Source of the DNA: a virus
Lineage: Duplodnaviria > Caudoviricetes
IMG/VR virus record: IMGVR_UViG_3300034236_000005
Span: 1-61,897 of that record
DNA length: 61,897 bases
Strand: one strand, 5' to 3'
This document shows positions 18,338 through 27,842 of the stretch, in pieces. The notes below the pieces were generated by a model. That model was not told where the DNA came from. It worked only from the letters and a program-made list of their open reading frames with translations, and made no database searches. The first letter of the stretch is position 1; the number at the start of each line of letters is the position of its first letter. The translations under genes and the position numbers were made by a program.

Positions 18338-19460
18338 GGTTGCTCCCCTCTGGCTGCAATGCAGCGATAGCCTCGTCGCGCCACGTGTAACCGGCGTGGC
18401 TGCGTCTTTGGCCTGCTATCACCTTCTGGATATTGGCGTGAATGAAGCCATGTTCAGTTGCCTCTGCCAGCGATCCGAAACGGGTTTCCACACCATCGCT
18501 AAGACGAGTGCCGATCACTGCCCGTGTTTTCTGAGCGAACAGAACACGCGCAGCATGCATGCTGTTCTCGCCCGGTGTGCACCATTCGAGGTTCGACAGC
18601 CGGTTATTCGTCCGGTCGCCGTCGCGGTGATTCACCTGGGTTTGCTCATCCGAATGCTTTGTGCAGAACGTCTCTGCCATGAGCCTGTGCACATATGCAT
18701 CCCGGCGCTTCCCGCTTTGCCACATTGAGACGCAAAGATATCCTTTGCTGCGGGAATATGGGATCAGGTGCTTTCCATCGGGGTCGAACACGACACCATC
18801 CTTATTCAGCTTGTAGCCGTCGCCTATGTCAACCGCGTCCTTCGCATCTGCCGCGCTGTCAATGCTCGGTGCGCTGGATTTGTCCGTCAGTTCTTGGATG
18901 CGTACGCCGCGCTTCCAGCACTCGGCCTGCGCTTCCTGCAACATCCCGTAGACGCCGTTATAGCCTGCACTGTAGATCGCCTGCACCATTTCGTTGAACG
19001 TGCCGGGGTGGCGCCGGAACTCGTCGCATTGCTCTAACGTGAGCGTGCGGTTTGGGATCGGATTAGGGGCAATGCTCGGTGCGCGATCCCATTGGCTAAA
19101 ATCTTGGCTAACTTCGGTCGATTTACCCAGGCTATCCAATGTCGGTGCGCGATCCGGGGCGGCAATTCCCTCGAATTCGGGGGAATTAGAACCAGCGTTC
19201 CGGGATTTCCGGATAACTGGCGCGCCCAGCACAATGCGCGTGTTGCCGTCTCCGCAGCCGACCAGTGGGCCCACCGACTCGGCGGTTTGCATTGCTGCAC
19301 GCCGGTTCCAGGCAGCAATTGCGTTTGCGAGCGGCCTAGGCTTGGTGATGGTCAGGCCGCATGCGTCGCAATAAACGTGGTCATGGACGCCGCCGATCTG
19401 ACCGCTGCCGCACATCGGGCAAGGCAGAAGCTCGGCGCTTGTTGGTGCGGGATTGTTCAT
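18327..19460 (-). CDS. Mosaic protein: Lar-like Zn ribbon fused to a C-terminal HNH endonuclease domain
   Basis: ELLPCPMCG...CDAC...AIAAWNRRA (Lar-like); VHRLMAETF...QVNHRDGDRTNNRLSNLEWCTPGENSMHA (HNH). Confidence 0.8.
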   Translation of the reverse strand: MNNPAPTSAELLPCPMCGSGQIGGVHDHVYCDACGLTITKPRPLANAIAAWNRRAAMQTAESVGPLVGCGDGNTRIVLGAPVIRKSRNAGSNSPEFEGIAAPDRAPTLDSLGKSTEVSQDFSQWDRAPSIAPNPIPNRTLTLEQCDEFRRHPGTFNEMVQAIYSAGYNGVYGMLQEAQAECWKRGVRIQELTDKSSAPSIDSAADAKDAVDIGDGYKLNKDGVVFDPDGKHLIPYSRSKGYLCVSMWQSGKRRDAYVHRLMAETFCTKHSDEQTQVNHRDGDRTNNRLSNLEWCTPGENSMHAARVLFAQKTRAVIGTRLSDGVETRFGSLAEATEHGFIHANIQKVIAGQRRSHAGYTWRDEAIAALQPEGSNHGQ

Positions 19461-19870
19461 GTTGGTTCCTTTGTCATGTTTTCCAACAGGGTGTCAGGCA
19501 CATCGAAAAAGCCAAGCTGCCCCTTGAATGGGATCATCGGGAATGCGCGCTGGTCGGACAACACAAACCCATAAGGCCCGAAGAACCATGGCGAATCCGA
19601 TGTACTCATGCAGCTGTTGACGTTGGCACTGCCGACCACGCCGCCACGATCGATAATCTTGCGGTCTGGTAACGTGATTTTCTGCTCACGAATGCGCGGG
19701 TCCATCCAAAGCAATTCCTCCACATCCTCGTATTCATCGTTCGTCATGCCCTTGCTAGCGTGGATCAGCAGCGGCCCCTGGTAGCGTGTGGACCAGACGC
19801 GGTTCTCAATATCCTTGTGCCCGTTGACGATCAACCAGGCCCACGGCTGGCGAATGGAAAGCGCGCGCAT
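19457..19870 (-). CDS. ASCH-domain protein
   Basis: MRALSIRQPWAWLIVNGHKDIENRVW...LLIHAS...KGQLGFFDV. Confidence 0.88.
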   Translation of the reverse strand: MRALSIRQPWAWLIVNGHKDIENRVWSTRYQGPLLIHASKGMTNDEYEDVEELLWMDPRIREQKITLPDRKIIDRGGVVGSANVNSCMSTSDSPWFFGPYGFVLSDQRAFPMIPFKGQLGFFDVPDTLLENMTKEPT

Positions 19871-21837
19871 TACGCCTCTCCCTTCGCTGCGCTACTGGTG
19901 GCAAGAGGCGGGTCCATGCGCTCGTCAACGTTGACGTTGAAGTACTCTTGCGCGGTTTCGCCGTTGTATTTCGGGATGTGGCCGGGGCCGCGCAATCCGT
20001 TCTCGATCCACTCCATCGCGGCTTCGGCGCCTTTGCCGTGTTTCCATTCGATCCACGCGGACTGGTCGGCCACAACCAGGTTGTGAATGCATTGGGTGAG
20101 GATGAACGTCCGCATCCGGTCCGCGCTCGGCTCGGCGCTATCCGGTACAGCGGCGAGGTTGCGCAGGGCGGCAATCTCGGCACACATCGCGCTTTCGCGT
20201 ACATTGCGCGGCTCCTGCTGTTTAATCGTGCTGGCAGCATAGGTGTGCCATGGCTTCGGCAATTCCCTCGCGCTATCGGGCGCTTCGGTGGGCGCTGCAA
20301 CTGGCTGGCGGACGGCAGACTTGCGCAACTGTCCGGCTATCATTCCGAGAATCGAAAAGCGGCAATCGTCAACCGCTTTGTCGTCATCAGAGAACGCGCC
20401 ATCGGGCAGGCCGACTATTTTTGCCACCGCGCGCAACCGGATGCCAGCGTACTCGTCGGACGGCGCTGCAACTGGCGAGCGAGCGGCAAGAGCGTCGAGT
20501 GCGGCGCGTGCTTTGGCGGTCGCCTCACGATGAGCAACCGCAGCAGCATTAAATTCCTTTGCGCTCATCATTGGCATTGGCATGGAATTCGACAGCAGAT
20601 TCTCCAGTGCCAATTTCAATACGCGGGCGTCGTGGTCGCTGTACGCAGAAGCATTGCGCGGCGGGTTGGCGCGGTTCAGCAGGTCGCAGCATTGGGCATA
20701 TACATCATCATCGAGCCGGAATGCTTTGCCCATATAACTGCCGTCCACATCGCCTTCCTCGTAGCAGTCGTCGCCGTTCTCCCATGCGTCAAACACGGCA
20801 GCAAGCAGATCAACAGCGCTCGGCTGACGGGCTGCACGGTCGGCCAGCACGTAGGCGGTCATTTGGTCGGCGGTGTAGACTACAAGTCGATGTGGTAGCA
20901 GTACATGGAAGTTGTTCGGCAGTGGTGGCAATGCGCCCTGTTTGACTTCGGGTACGGAAAACCACCCTGCCGCCTTCATGTCCATCAGTTTCGATGTGCA
21001 GTAGTCACACACGACTACGCCGCCGATGATATTTTCATTGCCCGGAACGCCTCCCTTTGCACCCAGGCACATCTTGCAACCATCTAGCGGCGGCAGCGCG
21101 CTCGCATCCTGTTTGACCTCGGGGGCAGACGGTGGCGGTTTGATCTTGCCGCAGTTGGCGCAGATATCGCCTCCAAAGCTAGCGAGGTGCGTATAGTCGT
21201 GATCGCACAATTCCTGCTTCCGCTCGCGAACATGGCGCGTCATCTGGCTAGGGGTTAGCATGTCGTCGCTCATGTCGGGCATACCCACTGGCGCAGCTTG
21301 CACAGCCGGGGCGTCGTCATCTACGCAACGCCTCAGTTTCTTGATCGCCGTTTTGTGGTCCCACATGCCGTTATCCACGTAGGCGATAGTGTTCTCAACG
21401 GTCATCTTCCAGCTATCGGGCGCAGCTTGTACAGGTGTGCAGACTGGCGGGGCGGTGGCGGCATTCATCGAATCCGCCATGAAGCCGGCTAGCGCTTGGG
21501 CAGCGCGCAATTCTTCCGCAAGACCTTCAGCGTCGTCCAGCGCGCGTTGAGTGTGCGTGTTCAGCTCGAACGGCAACACCCAATTATCTGCGTCTATGAT
21601 CGACACAACTTCATGCTTGTCCGTGTTAACTCGGAACGGCGGCTTCCAGCCCTCCGGCAAGGCATCGCCAGCAGGTTGAATAGCTGCGCGCTCGGTGGCG
21701 GCGAGGGCTTTATACAGGTGGATATTGGCACTGCCGGGACATCCTTCGTCAATAGCGATGATTGCCTTTTGAACGGCTTCCCGCAAAACTGTCACGGTAT
21801 CGGGTGGGGTGGTAGATTGGGTCATTACTTGCTCCAA
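19870..21837 (-). CDS. Mosaic multi-module hypothetical protein (655 aa)
   Basis: Short globular modules separated by repeated PVQAAP, PEVKQ and PVAAP linkers; Cys pairs. Confidence 0.75.
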   Translation of the reverse strand: MEQVMTQSTTPPDTVTVLREAVQKAIIAIDEGCPGSANIHLYKALAATERAAIQPAGDALPEGWKPPFRVNTDKHEVVSIIDADNWVLPFELNTHTQRALDDAEGLAEELRAAQALAGFMADSMNAATAPPVCTPVQAAPDSWKMTVENTIAYVDNGMWDHKTAIKKLRRCVDDDAPAVQAAPVGMPDMSDDMLTPSQMTRHVRERKQELCDHDYTHLASFGGDICANCGKIKPPPSAPEVKQDASALPPLDGCKMCLGAKGGVPGNENIIGGVVVCDYCTSKLMDMKAAGWFSVPEVKQGALPPLPNNFHVLLPHRLVVYTADQMTAYVLADRAARQPSAVDLLAAVFDAWENGDDCYEEGDVDGSYMGKAFRLDDDVYAQCCDLLNRANPPRNASAYSDHDARVLKLALENLLSNSMPMPMMSAKEFNAAAVAHREATAKARAALDALAARSPVAAPSDEYAGIRLRAVAKIVGLPDGAFSDDDKAVDDCRFSILGMIAGQLRKSAVRQPVAAPTEAPDSARELPKPWHTYAASTIKQQEPRNVRESAMCAEIAALRNLAAVPDSAEPSADRMRTFILTQCIHNLVVADQSAWIEWKHGKGAEAAMEWIENGLRGPGHIPKYNGETAQEYFNVNVDERMDPPLATSSAAKGEA

Positions 21838-22091
21838 TTTTTATTTGAGTTCGGGCAGATGGATTTCACGGGGCATTCATCGCAATAACTTGGGGTGCGG
21901 TCGCCGCGCTTGTTCAGGATGCAGCCCCATGGGCGCGGTTGCATTTCTGGACTCCACTTGAAAACGACCGGCATTTCATTGGCGATCTTTGTGCACAGCG
22001 TTTGCAGATCGGCGGTGCTTGGTAATTTCTGCCCGCGTGCGGCCTTTGCGCGCAACCCCTCGTATTCCTCTTGTGTCAACAGGTATTGCAT
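21825..22091 (-). CDS. Hypothetical Cys-rich protein
   Basis: MQYLLTQEEY...PWGCI...YCDECPVKSICP. Confidence 0.7.
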   Translation of the reverse strand: MQYLLTQEEYEGLRAKAARGQKLPSTADLQTLCTKIANEMPVVFKWSPEMQPRPWGCILNKRGDRTPSYCDECPVKSICPNSNKNWSK

Positions 22092-22094
22092 GGC

Positions 22095-23507
22095 TCAGCC
22101 TTCCTGCGCTGGAGTAGCGCCAAGGTGGCGGGCGTGGTGGCGTTTCGTCATTTCCACGGCCTTTTCCAATGTGCTAGCGCCGAACTGGATGCCACCTGTG
22201 GGCGGGACAACGACCCAATGACCAGGCGTCCAGATGTCAGCGTAGCGGCGCAGCGCCACGCCGGCGTTCATGCGATCTTTCTGTTCTTCTGTCAGCTTGT
22301 CGTGATCCATTCCAGCCAAGCGCCACAGTTTTTCATGGTCAATGCGGTCGGCAAGAGCCAACAGCTTCCCCTGCTTGGTCGAAATCTCCGCATCTGTCAG
22401 CGCCTGCAAGTCGGTCGGCTTGGCCTGCTCTTGCTGGACGGCATTTGCTCCCAACTTCCAATACTCGTCGCACGCATCAAGAGCGTTTTGCCATGGGCAA
22501 TTCATGTTCGAATGCTCCCCGATATCGGTGGTCGTGATGGCGGCGATCTGCTCGGCCAGCTTGTCAGCCCATTCGTGATAGGTGTCGCGGTCGCGCAGCG
22601 TGGCATCCCACAGTTCATCGTCGGATGGTCGCGGCTCGCTGCTGGCCTGCTTAGGGGCTGCGGCAGGGGATGCGGGGGCGGCGAGCAAGCGCAGGATCAC
22701 GGCAGGGTTGGCAGCGGCGATGTATGCAGCATCCTTTAGCCACGTTGCGCGTGTATCGGGGTGGAAGTCGGCAGCGGCATCACCGATTGGCATGCTGTGA
22801 ATTTGGTAGCCGCGCTCATTGTCAGTCCCCCAAACGTATGGGATTTTCTTATTCTTCTGTGCCCACGGTCCTGGCGTCGCCGCCTCTGCCAGCTTGCGCA
22901 GTTCGGCCAATTCGGCGCTCTGGATGGGCGCAGGCGCGGCGGATTGGTCGTCCTCAGTACGGGGGCGGCTGTCGATACACGCCTTTATTCCGCTTCCAAA
23001 TGCGCGCACACGCTCGCCCTTTGCCCAGTAATTGATAAAAGCGACCATTCCCGCCAATTCGATTTCGAAAACATCATCCATAGTAGTGCGCAGTCGTCGC
23101 GCCAGTTCTTGGAACCGTGGTGTGTCAATGGTCGCCTCTTGGCCGCTCACTGCCAGCGCATCCAATTCCATCTTCTTCGCGGCAACCAGGCTCGCTTGCT
23201 GCTTGGCGATGCAGGCGGCCATATCCTTGATCTGGGCGGCTTGCGCGGTGACGGTAGCAAGGTGCTGATCAGCGGCGAATTGCGCTCCGTCGCGCTCCTG
23301 TAGCAGCTGAACCAGGCCCGGCGTGATCATGATGTCGGTCGAACTGGCTACCATCAGTTCGCGCAGGGCATCAAGCACGGCCAGCTGCACAAGCGACTTG
23401 CGTTGCACGTCCTTGCCCGCCAGCGGCTTGCTGACGATTTCCATAATGGTCGTGGCAGCGCGTAAGGCTACGCTGTCGGCGTCTGGTTTTGTCTGAGTAG
23501 GGTTCAT
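22095..23507 (-). CDS. Ead/Ea22-like mosaic protein
   Basis: 470 aa from the ATG at 23507 (AAGGA RBS); LRKLAEAATPGPW...DAAYIAAANPAVILRLL motif. Confidence 0.75.
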   Translation of the reverse strand: MNPTQTKPDADSVALRAATTIMEIVSKPLAGKDVQRKSLVQLAVLDALRELMVASSTDIMITPGLVQLLQERDGAQFAADQHLATVTAQAAQIKDMAACIAKQQASLVAAKKMELDALAVSGQEATIDTPRFQELARRLRTTMDDVFEIELAGMVAFINYWAKGERVRAFGSGIKACIDSRPRTEDDQSAAPAPIQSAELAELRKLAEAATPGPWAQKNKKIPYVWGTDNERGYQIHSMPIGDAAADFHPDTRATWLKDAAYIAAANPAVILRLLAAPASPAAAPKQASSEPRPSDDELWDATLRDRDTYHEWADKLAEQIAAITTTDIGEHSNMNCPWQNALDACDEYWKLGANAVQQEQAKPTDLQALTDAEISTKQGKLLALADRIDHEKLWRLAGMDHDKLTEEQKDRMNAGVALRRYADIWTPGHWVVVPPTGGIQFGASTLEKAVEMTKRHHARHLGATPAQEG

Positions 23508-23635
23508 GATTTCCTTGTGGTGGCAACGCGCTTGAAGTAATCCGCCTCGGGACCAGCTGCAGCCTGCGAAGCAGAATAGAAAATGCCGGCAACAAGGCCG
23601 GCGATGCAAATTACGGTGTAGATGGTTATTTTCAT
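23504..23635 (-). CDS. Small membrane protein (43 aa), below the ORF-track cutoff
   Basis: MKITIYTVICIAGLVAGIFYSASQAAAGPEADYFKRVATTRKS; stop overlaps the next ATG. Confidence 0.5.
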   Translation of the reverse strand: MKITIYTVICIAGLVAGIFYSASQAAAGPEADYFKRVATTRKS

Positions 23636-23637
23636 AA

Positions 23638-23748
23638 TCATTCGGTCGAGCTTTCGTCAGTGCTTACAAAGTGGTTTTTCAACAGCCATGCCATCAGGAG
23701 CGGCAGGAACAGCACGGCGACGTCGGCCAGCGGGCGGTAATATTCCAT
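23638..23748 (-). CDS. Small membrane protein (36 aa)
   Basis: MEYYRPLADVAVLFLPLLMAWLLKNHFVSTDESSTE; fills the gap between neighbouring genes. Confidence 0.45.
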   Translation of the reverse strand: MEYYRPLADVAVLFLPLLMAWLLKNHFVSTDESSTE

Positions 23749-23751
23749 GGC

Positions 23752-23979
23752 TCACATCCCGCAGAACATGGAAAACACCGGGCCAAACACGTTGCCAGTG
23801 TGCGAGCGCTCGGGATGCCCATACAGGCGAATGAAGTCCTGCTGTTCCTCGCAAACCGCGTCGATGAACTCCTGATGCATGCCGGTCGACGACAGCATGC
23901 CGTTCTGTCCAGCGATAAAGCCACCAGCGACCAGCGCACGCACGCGCTGGATAACGGTCGGGTTGTGGGTCATGTTCAT
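23752..23979 (-). CDS. Hypothetical early protein
   Basis: 75 aa; ATGA overlap with the upstream gene. Confidence 0.6.
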   Translation of the reverse strand: MNMTHNPTVIQRVRALVAGGFIAGQNGMLSSTGMHQEFIDAVCEEQQDFIRLYGHPERSHTGNVFGPVFSMFCGM

Positions 23980-24263
23980 GCTGCAGCCTTCGAAACCAGA
24001 TCCGCCATGTCGACCGCGCTTTTGCAGATAGCGACGATGCGTTCGAAGCGCTGCAGGTTCGATTCATCCTTGCGAAAATCCGTCATTTTCTGCAGCGCCT
24101 TCATGTCCGCCTTGGTGATTGGTGGGTTCTTGGGGAACTGCGCGAACCGAATACTTTCGCCACTGCGCGTTATCGAAAACTTGAATTGGTCGCCATTGGC
24201 GAACGTGGTCACCAGCGCCATGCGGTCATGCGTGGTGGTGGTTTTTACGGTGGCTTGGGTCAT
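23976..24263 (-). CDS. Hypothetical early protein
   Basis: 95 aa; TAAGGA RBS. Confidence 0.7.
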   Translation of the reverse strand: MTQATVKTTTTHDRMALVTTFANGDQFKFSITRSGESIRFAQFPKNPPITKADMKALQKMTDFRKDESNLQRFERIVAICKSAVDMADLVSKAAA

Positions 24264-24351
24264 GATGCTGGTCCTTAAATGGAATGGTTCGGGGTGTTGC
24301 ACCGACAAAGCCGCCTCGTGGGCGGCCTGCGTGCTGCTGGATCGGTGCGGG

Positions 24352-25002
24352 TTAAATCAGTGGGACAACCTTCAGTTCTTTGCCGTCCTTGACGATCTTG
24401 ACCGATGCGGCGTCGGCCACAAGCCGCATGGATTTCAGCGACAGCCCCGTTTCTTCCGACCGTTTGCGCAGTCCGGTGATTTCTGCAACCTTGCCAAAGC
24501 AAACTTGATGGCACTCGTTCAAAAACGTATCCAACTTGCTTGGCTGAGCCGGTTGCGCAAAAACCATCGGGTCGGCGGCCTCCATTTCGGCGAGTGTTGT
24601 CGTTTTCGACACTTTGGTCGACAACACCATTTCGTTGGCCAGATCGCCCTTGGTCGCCTTGGCTTCTTTCTTGACAGCGGCGCGGTAGGCTGGATCCGTT
24701 TTCATGTCGTGATTGTGATCGGCCATTGCTTGGATGGCGGCGGCGCGCATTTCGGCGAGCTTTTCAGCGTGGGTTTTCGTGGCAACCTTGGCGCGCACGA
24801 TTGCGTTCGCCTTGACCAGTTCCAAGCCTTCCAAGTGCGTTTCCGGGGTGTTGTAGATGCCTGCGATGCGGTGCGCCTCGGCGTGTGACAGCGATTTCGT
24901 CAGGCAACGTGCGTCGGCAGGCTTATCCTCGACCAGCGCATTGCCATCGGCGAACAGAACAACTTTGACTTTCGGGAGTGCAGGGGCGGCTGGCTTCTTC
25001 AT
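24352..25002 (-). CDS. Hypothetical early protein
   Basis: 216 aa; TAAGGA RBS; first gene after the promoter at 25048-25076. Confidence 0.75.
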   Translation of the reverse strand: MKKPAAPALPKVKVVLFADGNALVEDKPADARCLTKSLSHAEAHRIAGIYNTPETHLEGLELVKANAIVRAKVATKTHAEKLAEMRAAAIQAMADHNHDMKTDPAYRAAVKKEAKATKGDLANEMVLSTKVSKTTTLAEMEAADPMVFAQPAQPSKLDTFLNECHQVCFGKVAEITGLRKRSEETGLSLKSMRLVADAASVKIVKDGKELKVVPLI

Positions 25003-25047
25003 GGTGCGGGTTCCTTAAATAGAGTGTTGCGGGTTGGTATGAGTGAG

Positions 25048-25076
25048 ATATTAGAGCATCATGCTACAACATGCAA
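25048..25076 (-). promoter_or_regulatory. sigma70 promoter TTGCAT-17-TAATAT with spacer palindrome AGCATGATGCT
   Basis: Consensus spacing; upstream of the small-gene operon. Confidence 0.65.
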
Positions 25077-25481
25077 GCACAATCGTTAGGAATTTATAAC
25101 AAACTTTGGCGTAGTCAAACAGCCATCATTCGGGTCGAAGGCTGGCGATCGAGCCTTTGCGTGGCGGGGAAATTATTTGCATCAGATGCAAGAAAGATGA
25201 AAACTTTGCTTTTTCATCACTCGGGGTTCGATCAGGCGTTGCACCTGTCGATATTGCACTTATTCGGTGGTCAGGAAAAATTTCTTTCTTTTGTTAGCGG
25301 AAAACGGCGTTGCGCGGCGCGAGCCGTGGTGTTGGCTCGGGACCGTGCCGAAGAATTGTTAGTCCGGGTTGAAATCGGGCGGGGCGTCGGCCTTCAGGCG
25401 GCGCATTGTCTCCTGCCAGCGTGCCTCTGTTACCCTGCGCTGCTCGCGCTCATTGCCAGTATTGCCCACATCAGGGCGTCG

Positions 25482-25757
25482 TTACTCTCCATCGTCGTTC
25501 TCCTTGGGTACGGGCTGCGGCTTGTCCAGGTGGCGCCGGCCCAGGTTGCGGCGTCCTGCCTTCATTTCGTTGATCTCGGCCTGCAGCGTGCGCAGAATGG
25601 CTTCCTGATGCTCTGCGCGCTGCTTGGTGGCGCGAACGATCGTCCACTGGCGCTGGATCTGGTCCTGCATCGTCATCACCACGTAGGTGACGAACGCGGC
25701 CAGCAGTATGACGATCAGCACCAGCACGTCGATGTCGGTCACTACCAGGTTAGTCAT
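25482..25757 (-). CDS. Membrane protein
   Basis: N-terminal TM helix plus coiled-coil. Confidence 0.65.
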   Translation of the reverse strand: MTNLVVTDIDVLVLIVILLAAFVTYVVMTMQDQIQRQWTIVRATKQRAEHQEAILRTLQAEINEMKAGRRNLGRRHLDKPQPVPKENDDGE

Positions 25758-25941
25758 GGCGTACCTGGCTTTCTGGCAAGCCGCAGCACAGGCACTTGCG
25801 TTCCGGGCCCTGGTCCTTGTAGATCTGGCGCGGATCGATGCGTTTGCCGTCCTGCAGGATGCCGGTGCCGATCGTCATGGAGTCGTTCAGCATGGCGTTG
25901 AACATGCGCACGCGCTCGCGCAGAATGATAATCGAACTCAT
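25750..25941 (-). CDS. Hypothetical protein
   Basis: 63 aa; overlaps both neighbours. Confidence 0.5.
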   Translation of the reverse strand: MSSIIILRERVRMFNAMLNDSMTIGTGILQDGKRIDPRQIYKDQGPERKCLCCGLPESQVRHD

Positions 25942-26384
25942 CGCGGCGCCTTCCTGGTCGTGCTATCCAGCTGGCGATTGAATTGCTCAGTTGTCATGTT
26001 TGCCAGTTCCGGGATGCGCAAACCCTTGCTTCGGCGCTCCCGCGGCTCGCTTTCGGACCTGCATTCGCCCGTTATAGCATCCCGCGCTATCGTTTCGACC
26101 TGTTCGGACGTTACCAGGTCACGCCGCACCAGGTACGCCATCGCCTTGATGGCCAGCCCGTCGTCGGTTTCGCGCAGGCGGTGCGCCATCCTGGCGATCA
26201 GCAGCGCCATGTCCTTGACCATGCCGTGGCCATGCACTTCGTTGTCGAGCATGTAGCCGATCGCATTGCCCAGCTTGTCGAGCCGCACGCGGCTGGTGGT
26301 CTTCCCCTCGTTCACGTCGACGCCAATGCCGTGCGCCACCAGAATCGGGGTCAGTTCCTCGGGTTTTACTTGCATTTCTCGCAT
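25938..26384 (-). CDS. Hypothetical protein
   Basis: 148 aa; AAGGA RBS. Confidence 0.6.
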   Translation of the reverse strand: MREMQVKPEELTPILVAHGIGVDVNEGKTTSRVRLDKLGNAIGYMLDNEVHGHGMVKDMALLIARMAHRLRETDDGLAIKAMAYLVRRDLVTSEQVETIARDAITGECRSESEPRERRSKGLRIPELANMTTEQFNRQLDSTTRKAPR

Positions 26385-26387
26385 CCT

Positions 26388-26906
26388 TTACTTGTTGAAC
26401 TCGTGAATGATCCATTCGCCGTTCTTCTGCCGGCTGCACTTGAACACGCGGAACCAGGGCAAGACCTCGGCGCACAGCTTAACTTTCGTTTGACCGGCCT
26501 GCGTCGTAAAGCTTCCCTTGGTTTCGTGGATCTCGATCTGCCCGCTGGCGCTCAGCACCAGAAAGTCGGGCTCATAAAATGTATTATCGGCAAGTCTTAC
26601 ACGAATTGCATGGAATTTCCAATCCAGTATCGTGCCGTCGTGCTTCCGGGCGGCCAGGATCTGAGCATACGCCGCCTCGGTCTTGTTCATCTTGCCCTTG
26701 GCCAACCGTCCGAGCGCGTAGAACTGATCCATCGTGCTCGGGACCGGCGCCGCCGGCGTTCCTGGTACGGTCTGCACCAGGCCGTCGCGGTTTTTCAGCT
26801 GATCGCCGGGCCTGACGATCGCCATGTCGAGCGGCTTGCCGCGGCGCGTCTTGTAGGCGGCCAGCTGCTCGGGCGTCCATCTGACTGCGCCGCCGCCCTT
26901 AGCCAT
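26388..26906 (-). CDS. PD-(D/E)XK endonuclease (DUF1064-like), possible resolvase
   Basis: MNKTEAAYA...YEPDFLV...IHETKG. Confidence 0.75.
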   Translation of the reverse strand: MAKGGGAVRWTPEQLAAYKTRRGKPLDMAIVRPGDQLKNRDGLVQTVPGTPAAPVPSTMDQFYALGRLAKGKMNKTEAAYAQILAARKHDGTILDWKFHAIRVRLADNTFYEPDFLVLSASGQIEIHETKGSFTTQAGQTKVKLCAEVLPWFRVFKCSRQKNGEWIIHEFNK

Positions 26907-27456
26907 GATCGCCTTCCGTGCGCTTGGTGATCACCATTCCCGATAGCGTGCCGTCCTCGCGCCTCAGGTGCACCTGTTCGACGTTGTGCGCCTTGTCGAT
27001 GTCGACGCCGTTGAAAAGCGCTTCGACTTCCCTGGTATCCGGGTGTAGCACCATGACAAACGGTTCTGGATCCGGTTTCGGGTTGCGGTCGATCGGCTCG
27101 GCGCGCACTCGGGCGGGCCGCACGTCTGGCCGCATGTTGTAGTGGCCCATAGCCAACGGCTTAAGCGGCACCAGATCGATCGTCAACACAAAGCCCTTGC
27201 GCGCGGCTTCGTGGATCAGGTTCCACATCTTGTTCATCAGCAGCCCTTCAGTGTCACTGGCCCAGGCGGCGCCCAGCGGTGGCTGCCACATCGTGCCGCC
27301 CGTGTCGGTATATCCGGCATGCTCCAGCGTGCGTGTGGCGCGCTCGAGCTCGCCTTGATAGCCGGCGCGCGCCGTTTGCGCGGCTGCCAGCTGCAGGCGC
27401 AGTTCCTTGATCTCCAAGTTGATGATCTCGGCCTTTTCCTGGTCGCTCTTATGCAT
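26899..27456 (-). CDS. Hypothetical protein
   Basis: 185 aa; operonic position and RBS. Confidence 0.6.
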   Translation of the reverse strand: MHKSDQEKAEIINLEIKELRLQLAAAQTARAGYQGELERATRTLEHAGYTDTGGTMWQPPLGAAWASDTEGLLMNKMWNLIHEAARKGFVLTIDLVPLKPLAMGHYNMRPDVRPARVRAEPIDRNPKPDPEPFVMVLHPDTREVEALFNGVDIDKAHNVEQVHLRREDGTLSGMVITKRTEGDHG

Positions 27457-27467
27457 CTTGTTCCCCT

Positions 27468-27842
27468 TTATGGTTTCAATCCTGACTGGCGCAGTGCTTC
27501 TTCCAGTTGGCCGATCCGCAGCCGGTATTCGTCAACCTCCCTGGTGCGGGCCTGCAGCCGCGTTTCCAGTAGCAGGATCTCGTCGCCGGCGCTCGCGCTC
27601 ACTTCGAACACCGCCGCCGGGCAGTAGGTGAAAATGCCATGCTCGCTGACCATGTAGCCGCCGACCTGCGGATTATGGCGCTGGATGAAGTCCGCCACTA
27701 CCGTAATTTCCTTGGCCACGCCGCCCGGCAGTGCCAGCACGATCCGCACCAGCCGGTTTCCATCTTCGGGGATGGCGCCCACCGCCGTGATGCGCGCGGC
27801 CTGCACCACCTTGTGCAGCGTGTAGCTTGGCAGCTTATCCAT
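27468..27842 (-). CDS. Hypothetical protein
   Basis: LPSYTLHKVVQAARI...PQVGGYMV...YCPAAVFE. Confidence 0.65.
   Translation of the reverse strand: MDKLPSYTLHKVVQAARITAVGAIPEDGNRLVRIVLALPGGVAKEITVVADFIQRHNPQVGGYMVSEHGIFTYCPAAVFEVSASAGDEILLLETRLQARTREVDEYRLRIGQLEEALRQSGLKP

Noticed and set aside
25085-25120. Possible dif-like site (suggested by the FtsK-gamma domain and lack of integrase)
   Set aside because: ATTTATAACAAACTTTGGCGTAGT does not fit the 11-6-11 XerC/XerD consensus
25350-25484. In-frame continuation after the TAA of ORF 25482-25757, suggesting stop-codon recoding
   Set aside because: Only about 40 codons; all three stop codons terminate genes normally elsewhere, so there is no support for genome-wide recoding
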